The notes beneath the pieces were generated by a model that saw nothing but the letters and a program-made list of their open reading frames with translations, was not told the DNA's origin and made no database searches. A stretch of 64,000 bases of DNA from Bispira polyomma (lineage: Eukaryota), in NCBI GenBank assembly GCA_965649765.1, contig OZ287748.1, positions 83,018,001 through 83,082,000 of the forward strand. The letters run 5' to 3'. Both the position numbers and the translations under genes were made by a program. Of this stretch, positions 30,470-44,300 are shown one piece after another; positions within the stretch are counted from its first letter, which is position 1, and every line of letters starts with the position of its first letter.

Positions 30470-31830
30470 AATGAATGTTAGAGAAAAAATGCTCCAAAAA
30501 ACTTACAATTCAATGCGATGCAAGCAGTATTATTCCCCAGGATCAGGCAATGATTGTCAGAAAACTGTCAACAGAGACAAAACCTCACAAAAAAAGAAAC
30601 TTGAAACTGAAGATACACCACCCTCAGTTAGTGACCCAAGTGTGTGGTTACAAGGCCTCAAGATCAATACCTCAGATAGGACTACTCTTGTAAATGATCA
30701 GCTCAATGACACATGCATTGATGTAGTACAGGGGGGGACAGCGATTCGTGGTGGACAGCGTTTTGCCATAAATATAGTTATGACTCTTAATCACTGTATA
30801 AAATTCATTTTCAAGGAACTATTTTCCCATTATAATATCCATGTAATATTCACATGCCTACACCACAAATATATAGAGTAATGTCTGCTGAAATAAATTT
30901 TAAATGAATTTAGCGTACCAACACAGCTAAATAAACAGTGGTACTGCTCAAAATGTGAGGTTAATTATTAGACTGTACTTCTGATGAGTTATTCAACTGT
31001 ATTGCTGATTATTTTCTATTTCTCATATTATGCATCATGTAGATAAACTATTTCATATTATCATTATTATTGTTAATAAAACTTATAGGTAATATTTTAA
31101 TCTAATTATTTACTATTGTTTGAAAATGGTGAAATGCTGTCCACTTTTTAATCAATATTATCCAGTGACTTTGGTTTCTAACTTGTGGTTAAAATTCATC
31201 ACAAGTACCTTAATGCATCTGGATACGAGTCAGATTTGTATGCAATGGAATGACCTCCACAAGTTACCAGTGAATTGCCTTAACATTGTTTCCTTTTGCT
31301 CATATTTGTCAAATTTCCGTAAATTCCGAGCGAATCGCTGTCCCCCCCTGTATCACCCATCTTGAAAAATCAATTCCCCAGCATGAAGGGGCTCCAGTCT
31401 ACATCTGCCATTCAGAGTAAATAACATTGTAAACATATTAGTTTGGATTGGGACAGTGTACCAGTGATTCATGAAGGATTTAGAAATCATTCGATTGCCT
31501 GCAGGCATTGTGAAACAATGAGAACTGTACATATATGACAGCATGCAACCTAACAGTGGAGAGTTATCTATCGACACAAAAGTAACATTAATTAAAGAAC
31601 ATGTATGTTAAAGTTAAGGAGTACATTAATAAACTATAGCTCAGTATACTGGTGTTCTCTACTATGGACAGTTTGCTGTGGCCTTTGTCACAACCGTTCG
31701 CCACAAGACAGAACTTGCAGATGTTTCTATTAGCCAGAGAGAAATGAAGCAACATCTGCTCTTTTCTATTGTGACAGGCACATGAGCATCTTTTTAGCCA
31801 CAGAGAAAACTACTCAGATGGGACATGACA
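30470..31830 (+). mobile_element. Decayed transposon remnant with an Ulp1/C48-protease-like domain, split by a MITE
   Basis: Removing 30729-31352 rejoins LVNDQLNDTCIDVV-SPILKNQFPSMKGLQST. Further on, YGQFAVAFVTTV...SQREMKQHL resembles the DCG.FA.AF...Q..MR.HL tail of transposon-borne Ulp1-like proteases. Stops are present. Confidence 0.5.
30729..31350. mobile_element. Tc1/mariner-type MITE (622 bp)
   Basis: Perfect 20-bp TIR CAGGGGGGGACAGCGATTCG (30729-30748 / 31331-31350) flanked by TA on both sides. Confidence 0.9.
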
Positions 31831-32572
31831 AATTAAAACCATATATACATACATACATAATGAAAATGTGCTTTAACTGTGCTTTTCTAGTTAAATATAT
31901 ACAAACTAGAAGTCTCACTTTATATTGTATAATCAAAGCTAGATACTGTTGTAAGTATTATGCTTCATATATTTTAAACAAATGTATTCATGTTTTATAA
32001 CTTTTTTGTGTGCTTATTGTTCATATTATGGTTTTATTTGTACCCAGAGTACGATTTAAAGTAAATAAATAAAAAAATACACAACTTGGCTCAAAGTTGT
32101 AAAAACAAATAAAACAGGTACCATTTCAACACGTTTTAAATTCATTGAGTTTTTGTGACACACATACTTAATTAGAGTGTAAATTAGGACTAAGGAACGT
32201 AATTGCAATAACTTAAGAAAGTGAATCAATTGGTAAAAACTCAAGAAAGTTAATTGTGATCATTAATTTGATCATTATAATTGAAGAAAGGTTGTGTACT
32301 CTCTGACAGGGGAGTAACACATAGCAGCCGGATAATCTACCCCCTATTAAAAGATGAAAGAGGGGGCGGAAATTATGGTATTACACCAGGCTATATAAAA
32401 TTTAAGACATTCCGTGCATAAGACAAGACATGATGGTTGCATTGGTCTGTAAGATAATATGAAGTTTTTAATAAAAAAAAAATAGTTTTTGTTTTTAATT
32501 CTGAGTGCATGTTAAGAAATATATGACCATAATTTTAAAAGAAAATCAGTCTAGTGTTTATTATAAAGTGAG

Positions 32573-32823
32573 TTGAATTTGAATTTGGATATTTAACTTC
32601 CACTCTAGTACCTGTTTAGGTTATATTGGGACGGGTAGTTGGAAACGCTGGAGGAAACACTGCATACAGTTCAAGGTTCTGCACTGAAACCAGCGGCCCA
32701 CAGTAAGGAACTTCCACCTTTCCCACATAGGCATCGACGGGATTCAAACTCACGCCGCCCAGAGGTGAGAGACCAGTCATTGTGAAGTGCAATGCTTGCT
32801 AACCACTAGGCCACCGCGGCCCG
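32573..32823 (-). mobile_element. tRNA-derived SINE, family A
   Basis: A-box TGGCCTAGTGG, B-box GTTTGAATCC and TTCAAA tail; matches 12181-12427. Confidence 0.85.
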
Positions 32824-32974
32824 CTTTCATTATGACATGACTTGAAGGGTAACATAGTGGGTTAGAGAGGATGTGGGTGCAATCCTAGGATGGGATTCTT
32901 AGGTTCAGGTAGCCCTATATATCCATTGTCAAGCTAATGAACCTTGATGAAGTTGATAATTTGAGAAGTTGATA

Positions 32975-34235
32975 ATTTAAGACTGCTCATGTAACCCTAT
33001 TACTTAAGAAACCCAGCCTGGACAGAAACATTCTAAAGAACTACAGACCAGTGTAGAATCTCAGTTTTATTTCAAAACTCATTTAGAAAGTCATAGCTAA
33101 ACAGCTAAATAAATTCATCACCCAAGAAGGTATTGCTAACCAATTCCAACTACCCGTCCCAATATAACCTACTAAAAGGTACTAGAGTGGACGTTAAATA
33201 TCCAAATTCAAATTCCTCAAGGTTCTGTCTTGGGTCCTCTGCTTTTTACCCTTTACACCATCCCCCTCAGTCAAGTCATTTCAAAGTTTAATGTTACCTA
33301 TCACCTGTATGCTGATGATTTTTTTAAATTTGGATCAGGAGCTTTGACTCAAGTATCACTGAGCTCACTGACTGTTTTAAATCAGTCCAAGAGTGGATTG
33401 ACTGTGCAAAATTAAAACTCAACCCAGATAAAACAAAGTTCATTATTATGGGTAACAAACTCACCAGAGAGTCATTTACACCAAAATTTCCTATTTCATT
33501 CCTCCAAAACAATATCACTCCTTCAGCGGAGGTAAAAATCCTATGTGTCATCTTCGACTCGGACAATTCCTTTAACAACCATAATGCCAAGGTTTGCTAT
33601 GCCTGTTACTATCATTTACGCGACTTGCGACAAATTCGTAGATTCCTCAGTGCTCATAGTACAGTTCTGGTGGCAGATGCTATGGTCAGTAGTCGCTTGG
33701 ACTATTGCAACTCCTTATTTCATGAGGTCAGTAAGGCAAATATTGCTAAACTTCAGAGAGTTTAAAATGCTCTCTGTCACATTGTTTACAGGCTTGACAG
33801 ATTCAGTCATGTCAACCCCTACCTTCAAAAACTCCACTGGCTTCCCATTGAACATCACATCCTTTTCAAGTACAACCCGCTAGTTTTCAAGGCTATTAAC
33901 TACTTCCAACCTCTCCTCTTTAATCAAGTCCAGCAGCCTCACTCGTGGAAATAGACTATCGGTTTTACTTCACCATAAACGACAAATCAGATTTGCTGTC
34001 ACTGCACTGGCAGAATGGAACAGGTTGCCACAAAATGTCAGATAACAGCAGACAATATCAGGTTTTCGAAGCCAACTCAAGACCCATTTGTTCAGACTGT
34101 CATATCCCCCACCTTAGTCACTCGCTGGTTGACGATCACTTGGTGACAACCTTTACTTGATAATGGGCAATCCCTTTTTGGAATTCAGCGCATTAGAGGA
34201 TTTTCATCAATTTTGCGCTATACAAATATTATTAT
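32975..34235 (+). mobile_element. L2-clade LINE fragment containing a family A SINE 3' piece (~33140-33215)
   Basis: Decayed frames give KKPSLD...[35 protein letters not shown] and SRLDYCNSL; same tail as 10375-11325. Confidence 0.9.
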
Positions 34236-35318
34236 AAATTGTCACTCCAAAGCAAATTGCATTTTTTAGGGGAATGACAGACAATAAAGGTAGCTAAGCA
34301 CTTTTGAATCTCAGAAAGTAAGAAGATATTTCACAGAGTATGAATTTAAATCAAAAAGGATTACCAATATTCTTAAAAAGACACTTACTATGATAGGTAC
34401 AACCACTTTGGTTGTCAACATTGCCCTTATGTCATGTACAAAAAAAAAACAATTTATGCTCTGAAAAGTCTTGGTGACTATTATTGGTAGATAAATGACT
34501 ACTGCAAACTAAGATAACCAGTAATATACTAAAACTGTCTGTCTGGCGAGAGTGATACTCCCTTATCAAGAACCAATTGTCAAATTCATTCATATTTATT
34601 TAAGAAAAATAAATTGAGTAAAAACTATTTCAATTTATAAAAAGATTTAAGATAACTACAAATTTGTGTCAACATACTACCAAAAATATGTCTGATAGCA
34701 TGGCAACCTACCAAAGGGACAACCAATAAAACAAAACTAAGAGCTAGAAGTAGTTGTAACAAGATTTAGAACAAAATTCTGCAACTTGGTTTTTTGATGA
34801 TGTATTTATTTATATTGTTTTCAGTTACCACAGTTTTCAACAAGTGAGTATTATATCTTACCAGAAAGTTCACTGGTAGAAGAAAGCAGGGGTAGTTGGT
34901 CAAGGTTTTCTACACAACAAACAAACACCTTTTAGAAAATCTACAGCCCACATTCTCACATATAAATCACCAGCCGACAGCAGAGGTGGCAGGCAAGAGT
35001 GTTTCATATCATCAAGCTGCCAGTTTATATAATGTACAAACCCATTGAGAAATTTAAGGAAATTCAGAGGTGATAGTTGAACATTTTTATGATTAGTAAA
35101 TAGAAATAAATTAATAATTTTGAAAAATGGATTTGACAAGTGGATCCTGCGAAACAAATGGTAGTAAAAGTGTTCTGATCAGTAGCCTTGAGACAATGAA
35201 ACCAGTAATAAAATATTTTATTGGACTCAAGCAATGTTTTCCCCATTTTTCACTAATAAAAAATAGTCATAAAAACAGTTATATAAGCCGTTCTCACTTT
35301 ACAGGTTACTAAAAGTTG

Positions 35319-38300
35319 CTATTGTCCCACACAAAACACTTTCAATTTATTTTTCAGTAAATTAACTTTGATGTCCATAGACTCATAGTCTTCATGGTCA
35401 ATAGAAAACCATCTTGATTTTTCCTGAAAAGAGAAAAGAAAAAACAATCCTGCTTAATAACAGTTACAGATAATAAATTCTAGTATAAAATTAAATACCA
35501 ATACCAATATGAGTTAAGTGTTTACTAAATTACTTTACAAAGCTTTCTCGATGATTTAATCTAATTTACGTTGCCAATACCTTGACAGGACTTGGTTGCA
35601 CACAATAGAATAGTTAGTCCTTGATAGTCATTTAACAATTACAAATTTGTGATTTTCTACAATTGTACTACAAGTACTTATCCATAGAAGATACAAAACA
35701 AATAAGAAAACCAAATTTAAACAGATAAACTACTTTCACCGCAACATTACAAATGTGGAATACTTAAGAGCTGAATGTATACCTCTTCAGTTAGATTCAA
35801 TGTAAAACTTGAGACTTCCCGATCATCTGAGGATTCTTGCCTTTCCCTCCGGATTCTTTCCCATCTAATAAATAAAATGAAAAGTATTGAGTCTGAAAAT
35901 TAAACTTTATCTCTATGGGTGAATGTGTAGAACTAAAGCCAGTTCACAATTTGAAACTTCTTCTTTAAATGAACGATTTGATCTACAAACCACCGTTACG
36001 TACTGATTCATTTGAACAAAATTTTAATAAAATCAATTTCTAATAATACCATAAGGAAAAGAAAAGTTAGTCATTCTTTACTAAAATAACTACAGACATT
36101 AGTAACTCGATTTTTATTGAAACTTTAGGTAGGAATGTTTTCAATATGCTAAACATAAAATTAATTACACTTCAGTAAAGTATGTAACATACAAGTAAAT
36201 GCAAATATATACCATTATGATTCCAATCAAACTTTTACATTTATCTCACAGGTTTACAATAGAATCTTGATTATCTAGGTTATCCAAACCAAGGATTGTT
36301 AGAAATATTTCTAGGCCCATTTTCTTTTTTTATTGATATTTCTTTGCACTTAGTTTAGTTTCTATATTTGACACTTTAAACAACAAATTTATCATTTTCA
36401 CAAAGCTGTTTGAGTAATAGAAGTCATTCTATCATACAGAGGCCTCTTTACTTACCCTTCTTTTATAAAGTCTGTCCTTGACACGTCATTTTCTCCTATA
36501 TGGAGAACCATACCAGTTAACTTCTAAAAATACACAAACTAAAAACATTACCCGGTTATAAATTCCAGAGTTTAAAGATACTCAAAATATTACCCAGTAA
36601 TACAATAGTAAAAATTACCCAAGTGGTGTACAATAAAAAATATATGACAAAAGAAGATAAACAGTAAACTACAAGCCTAACAGGGAGAGTATTGTGCGTT
36701 TTATCTTCTTGGGTCATATATCTGTATAACTAGAACCTCAAATATCCACAGGATTTGGTTCTAGTTATGGCTAACTTCCACTTATACCTACAAAAATACA
36801 GCATTTTCTGATGTTTGGACCTTAAAACTGGTTCCACTTTTACCTAAATTCGACTTGCACTGGTTATACTTATACAGAGTTTACTGTATTATTTTAATAT
36901 GCAACACAAGGGTTGTCTTACATTTATTTTCTACTTATAAAATATAGTTAAATTTATTTATATACATGTAGTTAAAAATATAACAAAAATAGTCCGAAAA
37001 GGGTCTGAAAAAATAAAAATTCATAAGAAAATAAACAAAAAGTACTGACTTGTTACCTTAAAGAATTAGCTTTAAATTCAAACTTCTACCACTCTAAAAA
37101 TCGGATTTCGGACACAATAATTTTGTAAAAGGCTTATATTTTATATATATCGAAAGTTTTAAACAATTGACGCATTAATTTGTTTACTATGACAATATTA
37201 AAACAACCCCAAACTGTATACTGTCTTTGTTTAAGTTGGGTACCATAAAGAATTAACTTCAAACTCGTATTTCTAAAGCACTAAAAATAGAGTTTAAGAT
37301 ACCATTATATTTAAGGTTCATATTTTTCATGTTAACCACACTATTTTAAAACTTTCTACCTGAAATATTGAGTAAAATTGAGACTAAAACTTTGAAAACC
37401 TTGTAAATACTAGTTTTTATATACACATTCACGGGCACCGGGTCATACTGATGTCACAGTGGATAATATAGAATTTAAAGATACTAAAACATTACCCGGG
37501 AAAACATTCCAGACTTTAAAGATACTAAAAACAATCCTTGGTTATACATTCAAGAGATTAAAGATACTAAAAACATAACTTGGTAATACATTCCAGACTT
37601 TGAAGATACTAAAAACATTATCCAGTAATACATTTCAGAGTTTGAAGATACTAAAAACATTACCCAGTAATACACTCCGGTATTAAAAGATACTAAAAAC
37701 ATTATCCAGTAATACATTCCAGAGATTAAAGATACTAAAAACATTACCCGGTAATACATTCCGGTATTAAAAGATACTAAAAACATTACCCGGGAATACA
37801 TTCCAGAGTTTAAAGATACTAAAAACATTATCCAGTAATACATTCCAGAGATTGAAGATACTAAAAAAAATTATCCAGTAATACATTCCAGAAATTGAAG
37901 ATACTAAAAACATTACTCAGTAATACATTCCACAGTTTAAAGATACTAAAAGCATTATCCAGTAATACATTCCAGAGATTGAAGATACTAAAAAATTACC
38001 CAGTAATACATTCCAGAGATTGAAGATACTAAAAACATTACCCAGTAATACATTCTAGAGTTTAAAGATACTAAAAATATTTTCATTTCAATGTTTCAAT
38101 TAATTTGTAGACTACTAAATTATTACAACAATACAATAGTACCATGTTAATCTCGACAGATTATCAACAATTACAGTGTCATACAAATGTACAGTAACAC
38201 AAATGGCATCAATCACATTAATTGCCAACAATTTATCAGAACTCCTGCCTTACCTGTTCCTTTTGATGATTCCCTGTTTCAGCAGTGAATTCAATCGCTT

Positions 38301-41300
38301 CAACCTTCTCTTCATGACAAGTACCACACTCAGGGTTAATGACTTGTGAGTAATCTTTCTGAATGACTGAAATATCACACCCATATATGTATGTTGTAAC
38401 TAAATATTTATACAATAAACACTTTCAAGAATTCCATCAATGCCACTTATAATATTACTAATTTGCATCTAAAAGTAAAAAGTTATAACTTTGGTTTTAA
38501 AACTATAATCACATTTACAAAAATTCAAAGAAAATACAGTTACAAAATACTAAGCACAAATCCACACCAGTTACAAAAATTCTCAAACTTAATTCAAACT
38601 CAAAAATCAGGTCTTCATATCATTGACTAGACTGACTTCATTTTTTAAATTCTGTATTGAAAGCTGTATTAAAATGAATGATGATAAGTATAGGTTATTT
38701 AAATATATAAGGACTTTCATACAGCCTTCTTTATAAATGTTTATTTAAATAGATATTGCATAAAGCATTCAATCAAAATATTATAGATGCTTGGATAGCA
38801 AAAAGAACTTATATTATCTTATATTTTATGTTTTGGAATAAATTTGACATTTTAAAATGATGCCAATAACTGTTGAGATTATAAATAATTTAACCCAGAA
38901 AGCAAGAAATAAGGAATTCATGTTTGCACTGTCTTCCTCATCTTACCTTAGGGACTGTAATGGCTTAGTGCTTGCTAATAATCACTGGTCTTTCATCAAT
39001 GTGAATTTTAATCCCATTCATTCCTTCATGTGGAAAGTTTGTCAGATACTTGCCGTAAGTCGGTGGTTTCTTCAACAATTAAATCTGTCCACCGTGATGT
39101 GACCTTAGCTGTTAAAAGTGACATAAAAACTCAACTAAATTTTAAAATTTCACCTTCTCGTCTCGGAGACATAAAGAGATGCCACCACCTCCATTCTACA
39201 GTTGGCGGAGGGACATAACAAGATGAACAACCCTGGCATGGCAATGTATAGCTAAGCTCGGCTCTCATGTTAGGTGGCCACTGTTTTAATGAAGCCATGA
39301 GGTAGGTCCACCGATGTTTTAAGCCCCCGAAGTACCAATACCTGCCATGAGGAAAGATTAAAATATTTATTGATCAAAAGTAAATTGACAATATTCATAA
39401 TGCTGAAACTGAAGAGGAACTGCTTCTATTCCAAGTTCCATTTTAACTAAATAATCAAGTATTCCTTTTGTTTGAAAAAAATTATATCACAATTTTCTAC
39501 TGCTAAGGGACACTATTCTCCTAACATAAAATATATAATGGTAGGCTTCTGTCAAGTTGTATCTGCTGTTAAATCATGCTGTTCTTGTTTTGATAAAAGC
39601 TTGTCCCAAGTTTAATATTAAATTCTCACTTTGTTTTCCTGATTTCAGCATCTCTATAAGCTCCCCACTCCAAACTGTTAACAGCATACACAGTTTTTCC
39701 TTCTTCTCCCTGTCAACAACAAATGGCATTGTGCAAATCACTAAAAAATAGAGCATCTGAATAAATAACAAGTAAATATGTCATAATCGCATAGTGACAG
39801 CCATCTCTAATATAGAACTTCTAAGTGTCTATTTACAGGGGCAACCTAACTATAACTTCTCAAGGTACAGCCAGTTAGTTTATAAAACAACACAAATATT
39901 CCAGAATACATCAGCAGATATCCTAAATATACCGAAATCTTAAAAAGAGGAAAATGAGGCAGATACTGTGGTCCATGGTCAATGGAAGAGTTGTACCTAG
40001 AAGGAGAGAAAAAGCTAGAACTGGTTAGCATAAGCTAAAATCAAAAACAAAATAATAATGTTATTTGCTCAATATTGTTTTAATAGGAAATACAGGAACT
40101 ACTGTAATGATACTCATTATTACAGTAATAGCAACTATAAATTTAAGGAGGGTGGTAAAGAACGCATAAAAACTACACATTCTCAACTTATCTCAAATAT
40201 CCACCATGTGGAAATCCTTGTACATGCAAAAAAACCTATACTTGTGATCATTTGTTTTAACACGGATTTCAAATATCAAGTCAGATTTGAGATATGTTTA
40301 CTGAATCCAGAGTCATGGAGAATCCATATTTAAGGGGAGTATGAGTTTGAGCTGAGTATACTCTTGAGAATACAAGGCCTGAGGTTCAGGTGATAGAGGT
40401 ATTACATGGGTGGACAGCTTAGCGGACAGGACAGCAATAGCAGACAGTAACTTAAAACATAAAATTTATTTCATTTAAAAAGCTATCTGTAAAATATAAA
40501 GTACTTATAACACTAATTTCATTGTAATACAGACTTTGCATCAAGAACAGGTCAGATTACTTGTTAAATGGATAAAATGTGTATATTTTAATTTACTGTC
40601 CGCTATGGCTAGACCATCCGCTAAGCTGTCCATCCGTGTACTGTTATTGATAGGTAGGTTGGAAGTGACAAAAAACTCAAAAATCTACCTCTATACACAT
40701 AACATCAATAGGCTTGGTGTGGTTCTTTACTACAGACATTGCCAATTCTGCCATCCACCTAAAAAAAGAAAGAAACAAGTAATATTTTTGAATGGCTTTC
40801 TAAAATGGAATGTTTTAATGATAGAAGTTCAGATAATATAAGTATATTTTGCACTTACTTGACTGAGGACTCTCCCTTTTCTGCCAATGATTTGGCCAGT
40901 GTGTTTGTAGTACCTAATGGAATCACACCTACAGGTACATGTTTGAGCTTCTCCTGGAAATAATTCAACTCTTGTACAAGTTAAAATATTGGAATGTAAT
41001 GATATCAACCTAATAAGACTTACAGTCAAACCCATTTAAATAGAACTCTGATAATTGGTATCAAGTAAAAGTTATTGTAAGGTCCCACTGCTATACTTCT
41101 AACTAAAATTTACAATATTCGGTAGAATTTCTGTTACGTACGACACATTTTTATGGTCCCTTTAGATTTCCTTCAGACTGTATTTAATATAGAAGCATCA
41201 ATAAACTTAATCTGAATTATAACACACACATATTTGCTATTTTAAGCTAAGTTGGCTGTATTAGCACTCATATGTGTATGTATTTGATAGAAATAAATTA

Positions 41301-44300
41301 AAAAAATCCATTTTAAAGACAAAAATTTAAACTGTTTTTTTTTACACAAGTTCAGACTATCCCTACTGAATCTCTGAAGCAAATAGACACCCACTTCCTT
41401 TAATACAGTTCAGATTAGAGGTTTAAGGTCAGGGTCATTTAGGGTTTGGTCTTTTTATCAATTACGAAAAACTAAAATTGTTTAGGAAAAATAGCATGAA
41501 GGGCTAGACTAAACATAGCCAAATTCAGAAAATATATAAGGCAAAATAACGGTTATCAAACATAACCATTTTTGTGTTCTTCTAACTTCTTGGATATAAG
41601 CATTCATATCAATTACTTTACTGCTTCTGAAATTACTGATACTTTAAAATTTATGCCAACTAATTTCTTCTCATTTAAAAAAATACCATTTTTGTAATTT
41701 ATCAGCATGCCAGAGTTTTAAAAAAAATAGCAAGGGTGAAGCACTTTATATATTACTTACATAATCTTTTCTTCTCAGAAGTCCAGTAATTACCTACAGA
41801 ATAGATTACAATAAATTTTATTTAATGCAATTACACAACAAGATTAACTATGACTTAACCTGAAGTTATTGTAGCTAGGTTATGCAATAACTAATAAATT
41901 TTTGGCATAAAAACATGCATAAAACATCACCTTGATCTTGTATCTAAGGTTATTATCAGCTAAAACAGCAAAATCATCATAATTAATAATGCACATGTTT
42001 CTTAAATTTGAAAATTCTTAAATTTGTCTCCAAAAAGACATACATATAGTTATATTAAACAAACTCCAAACCAAAAGCTTACCTCACTTAATGTACCATT
42101 ACCACCGGCTACAACAATGGCATCCACAGTGCTGTCTAACAAGTCCATGTACTGCTTGGCCTGACCTTCATATTCTGTCTGTCACAAATATTCTATGTTT
42201 ATGTTATTGAGGATGGACTTCTATAATTCACCAAACTCTTGTTTTTCAATACATATCTAATAAAGCTATCATTTCTTCTCCCGATAAAAATGTGTAAATT
42301 TTATTTGTACATTTGGGTATCAAATTATCTGTGGTATAAATGAATGAAATAAAAAAAAATTTTGTCACACAGCTATCTTTTTCTGTTATGAAAACTTAAA
42401 AAAAAATATTGACCAATATTTGGTGGTTAATTTTTGGTTAAAAATGTGCGTGTACTTTAACCCATATTACTTCCAAACAAACACAGTAAAGAGCTTACTT
42501 CATATATATGCCAGTTATTTTAGAATATTTCATTAGTTGTATGAAAGTTTTTTATCAATCTATACCAGCCACTTATATTACCTTTACCACGGTCACTTCT
42601 AATCCAGCAAGGTGAAGCACTGGAGCTACATTTTTCTCAAACAGCTTTTGGGCTTTTCTACAAAATAATTCATTATTTATCTAAATAATCCACTTAAGAT
42701 GGAATTGTTCACCTTACCTGTAATTTTGACATGATTTACATAGCCTGATACACCTGCACTGCACTTTACCTGCAAACTTACTGAGGGAACATTTTGTAAT
42801 CTAATATAGAAAAAATGGCCGGAAATATTACCTTTTTGAAAACCTGAACCAGGAAATAGTGAACAGTTTCCATATTTGCCTATCAATTGTGAACACTCTG
42901 CACAAATACTAATGCTATTTTTTTTTTTAAGAGACTGGTCATTGTTACCCTTTACCCAGCATTTCTCGCATAAAAGCAGAGGGTTTGAATAGTAAAGGTG
43001 CTTTGTTTGTAGTTCTCCTCAATCCAAATGGTAATTGATGTCACCATGATTTATTTCAACATAAGTAGCATAATCATAACATTTTAGAAAAGTCATACCT
43101 AACAGACATGCAGCCATGCCGGAGACCACAAATCTGTTTGAAATTCATAATAACAAAGATTATTACACTAATTATAAAGAGAACCGTGGATAATTTTGAC
43201 CACTATAATTAATGAGGATCACCCTGAATGAAAAGTTACATTTCAGCTTACTGTACATAGTTACATACCCTTTCTGTGCAGCAGGATTCAGAAACACTGT
43301 CACTTTTCTAGATTTATTTCCAACACCTAATGGTTGTTGGCCATACTTCTTTTCTCGGAAGACAAAAAATATTTTCATAATAAAATTTAAAACTGTCTAT
43401 CACTTTTACAACTGGCATAAAATATTCTGTAATCCATTACATTTATTACAAGCAAAACATTGGCAAAAAAAATTAACTATATTTACAAGACATTTTGGCT
43501 GATATAAAAATGTACTGGTAACATAATTTTTGACAACCTTTCATTGTAAAAGTAACTTGAAATTCATTAATACAACGCAATGTTTACTTGTTTAATCATA
43601 CACCATAATTTTAATAGAATAAGAAAAAAAATATCATTCCAAAGGTTAGGAGCCATAAATGAGCTATATAATGTAATATTTATTCCAGTGCAGTATCTTC
43701 TTTGTTTTTGGAATTTAAAAGGGTTACTTTGCCTTGACTGCAAAAGTATGGTTGACCGGCGCAAAGAATTGTGACTTCTCTAACTAAATCACAGACGCTT
43801 AAGTGTCACCATTTATCAACCACCCCATTAAGGTTGTTTAAAATTGCCACTGTGGGTAGAACTGGTGACATAGTGCTATCATTTGAAATGGTGATCCAAG
43901 TTATTGTAACTGAATGCATCTAGGAGTCCCACTTTAGGATCGAACCGACGTCCTTAACTTTTACAAGTGAGTGTGCACAGTGGCATATTTTTGTACTACA
44001 GTTCAGACTGCTACAGTTCAAGGATGTTGAAAAAGTATTATGTTCAAAATCCCTGAAGACAAATTAATAATTTCAAAAGCATATAACATGTGTATGAAAC
44101 CAATGATTTCTGATAGAGCTTACTTGTGCCTCCAAGCAATATTCTTTCCGATATTCTGCATCTCTGAAACAAATGTAAGAGCATCTTCAGTAATAAGTAA
44201 AGAGAAACCATTGATGATGGTACATGTAGTGTCATGTACCTTTTTACATTAACTAAATACTGATTCTTTCAAAGAAACTAAAGATAGAAACTTTGTAATT

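Noticed and set aside
30114-35318. Divergent HARS2 paralogue as in mammals
   Set aside because: The interval holds only transposon relics, a SINE, an L2 fragment and the AGK 3' region; no synthetase motifs are present.
37550-37843. ORF with a 14-aa periodic repeat; array superficially CRISPR-like
   Set aside because: It is a 42-bp head-to-tail intronic minisatellite with no unique spacers and no cas genes, in a eukaryotic context.
38310-38330. CxxCH (CGTCH) as a c-type heme attachment site in AGK
   Set aside because: The motif is short and likely by chance, and animal holocytochrome c synthase is known to act on cytochromes c/c1. It is kept only as part of the Cys-cluster finding.
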